Origin: an uncultured Verrucomicrobiae bacterium
GTDB lineage: Bacteria; Verrucomicrobiota; Verrucomicrobiia; Chthoniobacterales; UBA10450
Assembly (NCBI GenBank): GCA_963801815.1
Contig: CAWDGJ010000003.1
Location: 32,001-96,000, forward strand
Direction of reading: 5' to 3'
DNA length: 64,000 nucleotides
Shown: piece by piece, positions 10,100-18,979 of the stretch
Position numbering within the stretch: position 1 is the first letter of the stretch
How the letters are laid out: each line of letters opens with the position of its first letter
Program-made: the position numbers and the translations under genes
The notes under the pieces: model-generated
Database searches by the model: none
Told to the model about the DNA's origin: nothing
What the model saw: the letters and a program-made list of their open reading frames with translations, nothing else

Positions 10100-10191
10100 G
10101 ATATCAATCGTAGCAAAATTGCCCCTAAAATGGCAATAGTTTTTTACGTATTCTCAGGCAGATCGTGATCGAAGGTTTTGCCTCGGTGAAA

Positions 10192-10205
10192 TGTTCAATT
10201 GAACA
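10192..10205. promoter_or_regulatory. LexA (SOS) box, Verrucomicrobia type: TGTTC-AATT-GAACA
   Basis: Perfect palindrome 31 bp upstream of the dnaE2 ATG; overlaps a TTGAAC -35-like hexamer. Confidence 0.85.
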
Positions 10206-10236
10206 TTGCCTGCATTTTGCCCTAAATTGCTCGTAG

Positions 10237-13200
10237 ATGCCTTACGTCGAGCTTCATGTCTGCAGTGCGTTCAGTTTTTTGCGCGGCGGCAGTTTTCCCG
10301 AGCAATTGGCGGAGGTCGCCGCCGAATTGCAAATGCCGGCAATCGCGTTGTGCGATCGCAACGGTGTTTACGGCGCCCAACGGTTCTCGGTCGCCGCTCG
10401 CGAGCACGGTGTGCGACCGATTATTGGCACGGAATTGTCGATGGAAGGCGAGGGGATTTTGCCGGTGCTGGTCGAAAATCGGTACTGGCTACAAAAATTT
10501 ATGCGAACTCCTGACTCAAGCGCATTTGCGCAGCGAAAAAGGCAAATGCGAGATCAAGTGGAACGAGCTGCCGCAATTTGCGGAAGGTTTGGTGGTTTTT
10601 GTAGGGGAAGCAGTTTGCTTCCCTCCGAAAAAACGAAACGCTGACAGCGTTTCCTACAAAAAAAGAGAGGACGCTAACAGCGTCCCCTACAGACCGAACG
10701 CACTCGCGCCAAAACTTGACTGTTTAAAACAGTCAAGTTTGCGGACCGGAATTGAGCGACTCATAAACGCCTTTGGGCGGGAAAATGTGTTCGTTGAGAT
10801 CCAGCGGCATTTCGTTCGCGGCGAGGAAGAGATCAATCGACAGCTGGTCGATCTTGCCCGCGCGAATAATTTGCGGTTGATCGCGACCAACGGCGTGCAG
10901 TACGCGAAGCCGTACGGCCGCGAAGTGTTGGATGTGTTCACCTGTATCCGCGAGCACACCCATCTCGATGCCGCCGGAAAACTTCTCACTCAAAACGCCG
11001 AGCGACATCTCAAGGGCGATCGCGAGATGCGGGAATTGTTCCGCGATTTGCCGGAAGCGATCGACAACACCGCGCGCCTGGCTGAGCGCCTGACCTTTTC
11101 GCTGGAAAATCTCGGCTACGAATTTCCGGAGTATCCGGTGCCGTCCGGGCACAGGATGGATTCATTTTTGCGCACGATTGTCTGGTTCGGCGCGCAACAA
11201 CGTTACGCCGCGGTCAGCGCCAAAGTGAAACGCCAGCTCGAGGAAGAACTCGCGCTTATTATCAAGCTCGGGTTCCCCGGATATTTTCTGATCGTCTGGG
11301 ACATCGTGAATTTTTGCCGCGAGCACAACATTATGGTCCAGGGCCGGGGCAGCGCGGCGAACAGCGCGGTCTGTTATTGCCTCGGGATCACGCCAGTCGA
11401 TCCGGTGAGCAACAATCTGGTGTTCGAACGTTTTTTAAACGAGAGCCGCAAAGGCTGGCCGGACATCGATCTCGATCTTCCGAGCGGCGACCGGCGCGAA
11501 TCGGTGATCCAGGAAATTTATCGGCGCTACGGCAAACACGGCGCGGCCATGACCGCGAACGTGATCAGTTATCGCGGGCGGAGCGCGGCGCGCGAGATCG
11601 GCAAGGCGCTGAATTTTTCGCCGAGCATTCTCGATCGCTTCTCGCATTTGTTCGCGAACGGCGATTTTCCACACACGATGGAGTTGGAATCGCAGATCGA
11701 GCAATCCGGTTTGCCGAAAAATCATCCGCGGATGCCGGCGTTCGTCCGGTTGTATCGCGCGATCTACGGATTGCCGCGGCATCTCGGCCAGCATTCCGGC
11801 GGGATGATCATTTGCCAGGACAAGCTCAGCTCGTTTGTGCCGCTGGAGAACGCATCCATGCCGGGACGCGTGGTTGCGCAATGGGACAAGGACGATTGCG
11901 AGGACCTTGGCATCGTGAAAGTCGACCTGCTCGGGCTCGGAATGATGTCGGTGATGCAGGACGCGCTCGAACTTTGTCGCGAACGCGGGCATCCGCTCGA
12001 TCTCGCCCACATTCCGAAAGACGACAGGGAAACGTTCGAGATCATGCAACACGCGGACACGATCGGCGTGTTTCAAATCGAGAGCCGCGCCCAAATGGCC
12101 ACGTTGCCGCGGATGAAACCGAAATGTTTTTACGACGTGGTGATCGAAGTGGCGATCATTCGGCCGGGACCGATCCAGGGCGACATGGTGCATCCGTATT
12201 TGAATCGGCGCGCCGGCCGGGAGCCGGTCACCTATTTCGACGACCGATTGAAACCGGTGCTCGAACGCACGCTCGGTGTTCCGTTGTTCCAGGAACAAAT
12301 GCTCAAGATCGCGATGATCATGGCCGATTTTTCCGGCGACGAAGCCGAGGAATTGCGTCGCGCATTAAGTTTTCATCGCTCCGAGGAACGAATGAACCGC
12401 GTGAGCGTGAAATTGCGCACGGCGATGGAACGCAAAGGCGTTGCGCCGGACAAGATCGACAAGATCATTCAAGCGATTACGTCGTTCGCGCTTTACGGTT
12501 TCCCGGAATCGCACGCGATCAGTTTTGCGATCCTGGCTTACGCCAGTGCGTATCTGAAAGTGCATCGCGCTCCGGAATTTTTTGCGAGCCTGATCAACAA
12601 TCAGCCAATGGGTTTCTATACGCCGGCGACCATTGTGAAAGACGCGCAACGTCACGGCGTAAAATGAAACCGGTGTGCGTGAAAAAATCGGATTGGCGTT
12701 GCACCGTTCTGGACAACAACACATTTCGACTTGGGTTTTGTGTGGTGAACGGATTGCGCCAGGAGCACGGCGAACAAATCGAACGCGCTCGAAACGATCG
12801 CCAATTCAGGTCGCTCGAGGATTTCAAACGGCGGGTTTCGCTTTCCAAAGAGGAATTGCGAACTCTGGCGGAACTGGGCGCACTGAATTGTTTCGCGAAA
12901 CATCGGCGCGCGGCGATGTGGAAGGTAGAAGAGCCGATGCATGATGATCTGGTAGGGAGCACATGCGCGCTCGCGTGTTAATGCCAGTCCGGCTCGGACT
13001 TCCGGCGCCCCCGCCGGAAATCTCCCGTCTCGTTTGGCGAGGCGCCAAACGATGCACGGTCCGAGCCGGACTGGCCTCGCGCGTGCGCTCCCCTGCAACC
13101 GATGACCGTTCAGGAGCGGGTGACGGCGGATTATCAAACGATGAATCTCACCACCGGTCCGCATCCGATGAAACTCCTGCGCGACCGATTGCCTGACATC

Positions 13201-13582
13201 TGGCGCGCGAGCGATCTCGTGAAGGCAAAACATGGATCAACGATCCAAATCGCGGGGAATGTGATTTGCCGTCAACGCCCGGGCACCGCCAAGGGATTTG
13301 TGTTCGTGAGCCTGGAAGATGAGACCGGAGTTTCCAACGCGATTGTCGATCCTGATTTGTTCGAGCGCTACCGGCTGTTGATCACGGAAGAAGATTTTCT
13401 TGTCATCGAAGGCGAAGTTCAGAATTCGGAAAACGTCGTGTTGATCAAGACCCACGCGATCAAGACCGCTGCTTCACCTGCCCGCAGTTGCTACAGCCCA
13501 GCCCGCAGCAGATGCAGCGCTTCTGGCGGGGTTGCAGGCGGGTGGCGAGCTTCTCGGGAGCGAGTCACACGATTTTCGCTGA
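10237..13582 (+). CDS. dnaE2: Error-prone DNA polymerase III alpha (DnaE2/ImuC); frameshifts at ~10480, ~12662, within the 12950-13100 insert, and at ~13465
   Basis: PYVELH..SAFSFLRG PHP start, GRGSAANS, catalytic PDIDLD and KVDLLGLG, YGFPESHA, OB fold RQRPGTAKG, and terminal SHDFR* (TGA 13580-13582), the DnaE2 S[RH]DF[RH] signature. Confidence 0.92.
10601..10690. repeat. In-frame GTAG…CTAC REP-like cluster (three hairpins) in the dnaE2 PHP domain
   Basis: GTAGGGGAAGC-agttt-GCTTCCC; GAAACGCTG-a-CAGCGTTTC-CTAC; GGACGCT-aac-AGCGTCC-CCTAC. Confidence 0.75.
10712..10740. repeat. 14-bp perfect inverted repeat inside dnaE2
   Basis: AAACTTGACTGTTT-A-AAACAGTCAAGTTT. Confidence 0.8.
12952..13093. 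repeat. REP-like doublet inside dnaE2 (GTAGGGAGCAC…GTGCGCTCCC) with micro-element copies at 12980-13000 (+) and 13058-13075 (-)
   Basis: Inverted ends and internal hairpins; exact GCCAGTCCGGCTCGGAC in both orientations. Confidence 0.8.
13477..13545. repeat. Nested GCCCGCA…GCGGG palindromic insert just before the dnaE2 SHDFR tail
   Basis: cctgcccgcagttgc…[ccagcccgcagcagatgcagcgcttctggcggg]…gttgcaggcggg separates PLLH from ELLGSESHDFR. Confidence 0.6.
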
Positions 13583-13648
13583 TGGAGGGACGACCTCCGT
13601 GTCGTCCGAATTAGATTCGTCGGACATGACGGAGCAATGTCCCTTCAC
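13583..13648. repeat. REP-like doublet between convergent dnaE2 and gnd
   Basis: GGAGGGACGAC-ctccgt-GTCGTCC…GGACATGACGGAGCAATGTCCCT. Confidence 0.55.
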
Positions 13649-15131
13649 TACTCGCCGGCGGAATGCTTGGCCGGTTCTTTTGGCTCGGCCGGTTTCTCCG
13701 CCGGCTTTTGATCGGACTCGATCCATTCGGTGTGAAACACGCCTGGTTTGTCGACCCGCTCGTAAGTGTGCGCGCCGAAGAAATCGCGCTGCGCCTGTAA
13801 CAGATTCGAAGGCAACCGGGCGGAGCGATAACTGTCGAAGTAAGCGAGCGACGCGGAAAACGCCGGAACCGCCACGCCGAATTCGATCGCGGTGGAAACT
13901 GCGACGCGCCAGTTGTCCTGCGTGTTCTTAATAATATCCGTGAAATACGAGTCGAGCAGAAGATTGTGCAGAGCGGAGTCGCGTTTGTAAGCGTCGACGA
14001 TGCGGTTGAGAAATTTTGCGCGAATGATGCACCCGCCGCGCCAAATCGTGGCGATGTCGCCGAAGTTCAGGTTCCAATTGTACTGTTTGCTGGCGGCACC
14101 GAGCAGCTCCATGCCCTGCGCGTAGGAAACGATTTTTGATGCGTAAAGCGCATTGCGCACTGCTTCGATGAGCTTCTTGCGGTCGCCGGTGAATTTCTTC
14201 GGCTTGGCTGCGGCAAAATCTTGGATGCGGCAACACGGTCGTCTTTGCGCGACGAAATCACGCGCGCTTCCACGGCGGCATTGATGGTCGAAATGACGAC
14301 GGATTGGGCGATGGCGGATTGCAACGTCCACATGCCGGTGCCTTTCTGGCCGGCCTTGTCGAGAATCACATCGACGAGCGCTTTGCCGGTTTCGGGATCG
14401 ATTTTGCGGAAAATCTGCGAAGTGATGTCGATCAAATAACTGTCGAGCTCGCCCTTGTTCCATTCGGCAAAAGTGTCGGCGAGCTCTTTGTTGTCCATGC
14501 CGACGACGTCTTTCAGAATTGCGTAAGCTTCGCAGATCAACTGCATGTCGCCGTACTCGATGCCGTTGTGGACCATTTTGACATAATGGCCCGCGCCGTC
14601 CGGACCCATGTAACGGCAACACGGTTCGCCGTCGACCTGCGCCGCGATCTTGCGATAAATCGGCGCGATAATTTCCCACGATGCGCGGGAGCCGCCGGGC
14701 ATGAGTGATGGACCCTTGAGCGCGCCTTCCTCTCCGCCGGAAACGCCCATGCCGACGTAATGAATCCCTCTTGCTTCCATCTCCTTGCAGCGGCGTTGCG
14801 TGTCGGTGAAAAGCGAATTGCCGCCGTCGATGATCACGTCGCCCTTCTCCATCAACGGTGCGATTTCGCCGATGACCTGATCGACCGGTTTGCCGGCCTT
14901 GATCATCATCTGGGCTTTGCGCGGTTTCTTGAGCGCGCCGATGAATTCTTCGATTGTCCGAGTCGGCCGGATATTTTTTCCCTTCGCGCGAGTGGCCGCG
15001 AATTTGTCGGTGACCTCAGTCGTGCGATTGAAAACTGCGACCGAAAATCCCTTCGATTCCATATTGAGGACGAGATTTTCGCCCATCACAGCCAGGCCGA
15101 TGAGGCCAATATCACATTGATTCGCGGTCAT
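13648..15131 (-). CDS. gnd: 6-phosphogluconate dehydrogenase (NADP-dependent, decarboxylating); frameshift at ~14205
   Basis: DIGLIGLAVMGENL, VSGGEEGA, HYVKMVHNGIEYGDMQ, KGTG, WRGGCIIRA, QAQRDFFGAHTYER. Confidence 0.95.
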
Positions 15132-15195
15132 TTTCGATCTCCCTTCTTGCAACGCCGCCGTGGCGCTGTCTGAATGTAACGGGCGATTGAAACAC

Positions 15196-15645
15196 ATGGC
15201 AAACGCGGTTTGTGAAATCCTGGTGACGGAATCGGCATTACAAGCGCCGGACCAGAACATCAGTGCTGAGGCCGGTGCGGTGGTTGATTTCTTTGGCGTT
15301 GTTCGAAAACTGGAAGACGGTCGCGAGATTCAAGGGATCGATTACGAAGCGCACGTAAAGATGGCGGATCATCAATTGCGACTGATCGCAAATGCGGCGG
15401 CGGAGAAGTTTCAATTGAAGCAAGTCGTGCTGCATCATCGATTCGGATTTGTGGGCGCGGGCGAAGCGTCGTTGTTCCTGAGAGTCAGCGCGCCGCGGCG
15501 GACGGCGGCCTTTGAAGCAAGCAAGTGGATCGTCGACGAACTAAAGAAGAAAGTCCCGATCTGGAAGAAACCGAAATTCGCCAAGGTTCCCGTGCGTCTT
15601 GGCACGAAGAAAAGGACGGCCCACAGGGCCGTGGCTACACGATGA
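15196..15645 (+). CDS. moaE: Molybdopterin synthase catalytic subunit
   Basis: GAVVDFFGVVR, IDYEAH, HRFG, VSAPRR..AF, LKKKVPIWKK. Confidence 0.9.
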   Translation: MANAVCEILVTESALQAPDQNISAEAGAVVDFFGVVRKLEDGREIQGIDYEAHVKMADHQLRLIANAAAEKFQLKQVVLHHRFGFVGAGEASLFLRVSAPRRTAAFEASKWIVDELKKKVPIWKKPKFAKVPVRLGTKKRTAHRAVATR

Positions 15646-16220
15646 ACTGGGCGAACCGTTTAACTTTGAGCCGGCTGCTGCTGACAATCGTTTTTGTCGC
15701 CGCGCTCAATTCGTCATGGCATTACGGGCGGACGCTGGCCCTGGTTATTTTCCTGCTGGCTGGAATCAGCGACTTCGTCGATGGCGAGATTGCGCGGCGT
15801 TACGGCATCGTGACGAACTTCGGCAAGTTAATGGACCCGCTGGTGGACAAAATTATGGTGGCGGCGGCATTTATTTCCCTCGTCCCCCTCAAAGCCGTTC
15901 CGGCCTGGGCGGCAACCGCTGTGGTCGCGCGCGATTTCCTGATCACCGGTTTGCGAATGATGGCGGGAGCGAAGGGAAAAATTTTGCCAGCCGAGCGACT
16001 CGGCAAACAAAAGACTTCCTGGCAGGTGGTCACGGTGATTTTCTTTCTCGCGCTGCTCTCCCTGAGCGAGCTGCGGTACGCGAGCGAAGGATCGATATGG
16101 TGGATTCGGGCATGGAACGACGCGGGGCCGGTCCTGGTGTGGATCACCGTCGCCCTGACCATTTATTCCGGATTGCTCTACGCCTGGCGTCACCGGGACT
16201 TGATTGTGCCTAACGAGTAG
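15642..16220 (+). CDS. pgsA: CDP-diacylglycerol--glycerol-3-phosphate 3-phosphatidyltransferase
   Basis: ANRLTLSR; CDP-alcohol motif SDFVDGEIARRYGIVTNFGKLMDPLVDK; GKQKT. Confidence 0.9.
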   Translation: MNWANRLTLSRLLLTIVFVAALNSSWHYGRTLALVIFLLAGISDFVDGEIARRYGIVTNFGKLMDPLVDKIMVAAAFISLVPLKAVPAWAATAVVARDFLITGLRMMAGAKGKILPAERLGKQKTSWQVVTVIFFLALLSLSELRYASEGSIWWIRAWNDAGPVLVWITVALTIYSGLLYAWRHRDLIVPNE

Positions 16221-16258
16221 GTGCCGGCCCGAATGATCGCAATCGGTGAGTGAGATCG

Positions 16259-16675
16259 ATGAAGAAAGGCGTGACTAGCGGAAAGCGACTGAACCATGAG
16301 CCGCCGAGCGTGACAGCGAAGCTCGGATGGCGGTACCACCACATCGGGATTCCACACACGCGGCCTCGTGCTCAGGAGCATCATGTCGCGCACCTCGGGG
16401 TTCACGTCGCCGGTTTTGAGACCAGTCCCTACGGGATCGAGTGGATCCGATTCGAACCGCATTGTCGCGTGCCCGAGATCGTCAGAACTGTTCCGCACAT
16501 CGCCTTCGCCGTCGACGATTTGGACGAAGCCCTAAAAGGTAAGGAGATTTTGATCGCACCGACCGAGCCATCGGTTGGAGTTCGTGTTGCGTTCATACTT
16601 GACGATGGAGCACCGGTTGAGCTGCTACAGTTCTACAAGACCAAGGCCGTCCGCCCGAAGACAAGGCGGCGTTAG
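16259..16675 (+). CDS. VOC/glyoxalase-superfamily protein
   Basis: YHHIGIP … PHIAFAVDDLDEAL … GAPVELLQF. Confidence 0.7.
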   Translation: MKKGVTSGKRLNHEPPSVTAKLGWRYHHIGIPHTRPRAQEHHVAHLGVHVAGFETSPYGIEWIRFEPHCRVPEIVRTVPHIAFAVDDLDEALKGKEILIAPTEPSVGVRVAFILDDGAPVELLQFYKTKAVRPKTRRR

Positions 16676-16681
16676 GCCGGT

Positions 16682-17305
16682 ATGACCACGAGACATTTTC
16701 TACGCCTCATTGTTTGTTTCGGTCTGTTCGCTTTGATCTCTCGTGTCGCCGGTGCCGAATTGAAAATCACGCAGGACATCATTCCCCCAGGGAAATGCGG
16801 ACGTCCCTTGCATCGGCCGATGCGTCCGACATTTATCACTATTCATTCGACCGACAATACGTCTCGTAGCGCCGACGCTTTGCATAACGCACTCGCTATG
16901 AAGAAAGGGCTCCGAAGCCGTCACAATCGCACTGGATTTCTCACCTGGCATTTCACTGTGGATGATCATTCCATTTACCAAAGCCTGCCGACCAATGAAA
17001 CCGGAGAGCACGCTGATTACGAAGGCCAGGGAAACAGGTCGTCCATTGGGATCGAAATGTGTGTAAACCGGGGCAACAATCTTGGCAGCACCATCGACCG
17101 CACCGCGCGACTCACAGCCAGACTGATGCGCCAATATCATATCCCTCTCGATCATGTTGTCCCGCATATGCACTGGCGCAGGATCCGCTACAGCGACGGC
17201 CGCGACGAGGGGTTCAAACAATGCCCAAGAGTCCTGCTGGATCGCGGTCGTCTTGGTTCAAAATGGAGTGCATTTATGGCCAAAGTCTCCTTTTATGCAC
17301 GATGA
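16682..17305 (+). CDS. N-acetylmuramoyl-L-alanine amidase (Amidase_2), secreted
   Basis: Signal peptide; ITIHST, WHFTVDD, SIGIEMC, VVPH…CP zinc-ligand motifs. Confidence 0.85.
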   Translation: MTTRHFLRLIVCFGLFALISRVAGAELKITQDIIPPGKCGRPLHRPMRPTFITIHSTDNTSRSADALHNALAMKKGLRSRHNRTGFLTWHFTVDDHSIYQSLPTNETGEHADYEGQGNRSSIGIEMCVNRGNNLGSTIDRTARLTARLMRQYHIPLDHVVPHMHWRRIRYSDGRDEGFKQCPRVLLDRGRLGSKWSAFMAKVSFYAR

Positions 17306-17332
17306 ACTTGGCAACGGCCGGGATGAAGGATG

Positions 17333-17370
17333 AATTATGAATGGAGCGAATGGTGATGAGCGACATAGAA
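17333..17370 (+). repeat. 38-bp direct repeat, copy 1
   Basis: AATTATGAATGGAGCGAATGGTGATGAGCGACATAGAA, identical at 18426-18463. Confidence 0.9.
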
Positions 17371-17553
17371 TGGAGTCCCGGGCGTGGAGATGGTTCGGGG
17401 GAGCGCTTTATAGAGCAGCTCGGTAGAACCATCGATACGGTGGAGTTCGCGTAATTGTTTGATGCACTCCTCGTTGCGCCGGTCCCTGGCAGTTTCGATG
17501 GGACCTTGGTCCAACAGGACGGACGGCTCTTGGAGGCGTAGTTGCAGGAATCT

Positions 17554-18024
17554 ATGAATGCAAAACCCATACTTTTTTTTAGTTGCTTTGTTGCGGTGAC
17601 GTTGACCACGTCGCTAGTCACGGCCGCACCACATGGTAGTGGCCAGCATTGGGGTAGTGGCCAGCATTGGGGTGGCGGCCAGCGTTGGGGTGGCGGTAAT
17701 TGGAATGGCAATTGGCATCACAACCATAATCACTTTAATGATGTCACCTTCATCGGCGGTTTTGGCGGCTTCCCGTTTTGGGGCTGGGGCTACCCGTTGG
17801 GTTGGAACTACCCGTATGGATATTACGGCGCTTATCCCTACGGCTATTACGGCAACGGTTACTACGGTGGCGGGTATTACGGTACCGCCGGTTACGGCTA
17901 CGGACGCGGCTATGGCTACCGGAATCTCCACACCTATTACGGTCGTCAGGGACATAACTATGGCTACGTCGGCTATGGTCACCGGTCTTCCCACACCTAT
18001 CACGCTCGTCACGGGCATCGATAA
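17554..18024 (+). CDS. Secreted Gly/Tyr/His-rich low-complexity protein
   Basis: Signal peptide; GSGQHW-type 18-bp tandem repeats at 17635-17688; YGY-rich body and His-rich tail. Confidence 0.7.
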   Translation: MNAKPILFFSCFVAVTLTTSLVTAAPHGSGQHWGSGQHWGGGQRWGGGNWNGNWHHNHNHFNDVTFIGGFGGFPFWGWGYPLGWNYPYGYYGAYPYGYYGNGYYGGGYYGTAGYGYGRGYGYRNLHTYYGRQGHNYGYVGYGHRSSHTYHARHGHR

Positions 18025-18057
18025 CTATTGCAGTTTTGCCGCCGGGTTCTGAACGAA

Positions 18058-18222
18058 ATGAATCCGTTCGGAAAAATGATGGCAGAGAGCATTCTATTCA
18101 GTGGTTGGTTTGCGAGCTTAGTATTGATCGTCTCAGTCTCGCTGGCATGCTATTGGGTGGTAGGACATCGGAGGTCGAAAAAAGAAATCGCGGAACAAAG
18201 CAGAGAGAAACAAAAGCCTTAA
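18058..18222 (+). CDS. Small single-pass membrane protein
   Basis: One hydrophobic helix followed by a basic tail. Confidence 0.4.
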   Translation: MNPFGKMMAESILFSGWFASLVLIVSVSLACYWVVGHRRSKKEIAEQSREKQKP

Positions 18223-18425
18223 TAGGTATCTGTTTTGCCACCCGCCTGCGTCGTCACGCGCAGTTTGTGATGGGTTATCATCGCCCATATCACGATCAGC
18301 ATATATGGTGATTTTTTACGCGACGGCTCTGTCGCCGGGCAATGGAAGCGACGCCGGCGCAGCGAGGAGGCCTAACCAATCGATGAAGCCAACAGCGAGC
18401 CGCTGCGCGGCAAGGATGAAGTAAA

Positions 18426-18463
18426 AATTATGAATGGAGCGAATGGTGATGAGCGACATAGAA
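18426..18463 (+). repeat. 38-bp direct repeat, copy 2
   Basis: Identical to 17333-17370; both copies are preceded by GGATGAAG. Confidence 0.9.
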
Positions 18464-18571
18464 GGTAAAGTGACGAGGGTAGGAGCGAGTGAGCGTGGGC
18501 AGCGAACGAGTTCCAAGTATGAAGTGGAGGACTAATCCCGCTCCCGCTCGCGGTGGCTTATCTCTTTCTCG

Positions 18572-18952
18572 TTAGATGACGATGGCTTTCAGTTTGCGGA
18601 TGCGAAGCACCGCGAGCAGCCGCTTCCACCAACTGCTGTTGTTGGATTGAAAAGTGAGGCCGGCGGAGCGAAAAATGGTTCGCTGGCTGCCAATATCGAT
18701 AGAGATCGTGCGCTTATAAGTTTCAAAGAAATGCCGATTCCGTCCGGGGTGAACGCCAACCACGAAGCGGGAGACATCGCGAGTAGGGAAGTTGACGATC
18801 TTGCCGTCCAGCGAGCCGCCCTCGTAGACAACTCTGAGCGTCTTCAGAACCCTGGGATGCTCGAGATCGTCGAGTCTGTCCTGCTCATCTGTGACCCGTA
18901 TAGCAATCGCCGTCATAAAGTAAATTTCCTTTCTTTTTCTGGAATTTGCCAT
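18572..18952 (-). CDS. Hypothetical protein
   Basis: 126-aa ORF with YEGGSLDG, downstream of the cNMP-domain gene on the same strand. Confidence 0.5.
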   Translation of the reverse strand: MANSRKRKEIYFMTAIAIRVTDEQDRLDDLEHPRVLKTLRVVYEGGSLDGKIVNFPTRDVSRFVVGVHPGRNRHFFETYKRTISIDIGSQRTIFRSAGLTFQSNNSSWWKRLLAVLRIRKLKAIVI

Positions 18953-18979
18953 AGGACTTTAGCCTCAGACCAGTTCCGT

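Noticed and set aside
11314..12981. Long alternative-frame and antisense ORFs (e.g. 11314..12981, 11435..12298, 37899..38987, 58340..59383)
   Set aside because: They overlap well-supported genes, have Arg/Ala-rich shadow composition typical of GC-rich DNA, and show no recognisable motifs.
10237..13582. dnaE2, gnd, RHS and others as true pseudogenes or programmed frameshifts
   Set aside because: The lesions are single-base indels, often in homopolymers, spread across unrelated genes including core gnd, and conserved motifs are intact. Consensus error is more parsimonious, so they are annotated as CDS.
17333..18463. CRISPR array
   Set aside because: Only two copies of the 38-bp repeat, ~1.05 kb apart, with no regular spacers and no cas genes. 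No CRISPR array was seen anywhere in the window.
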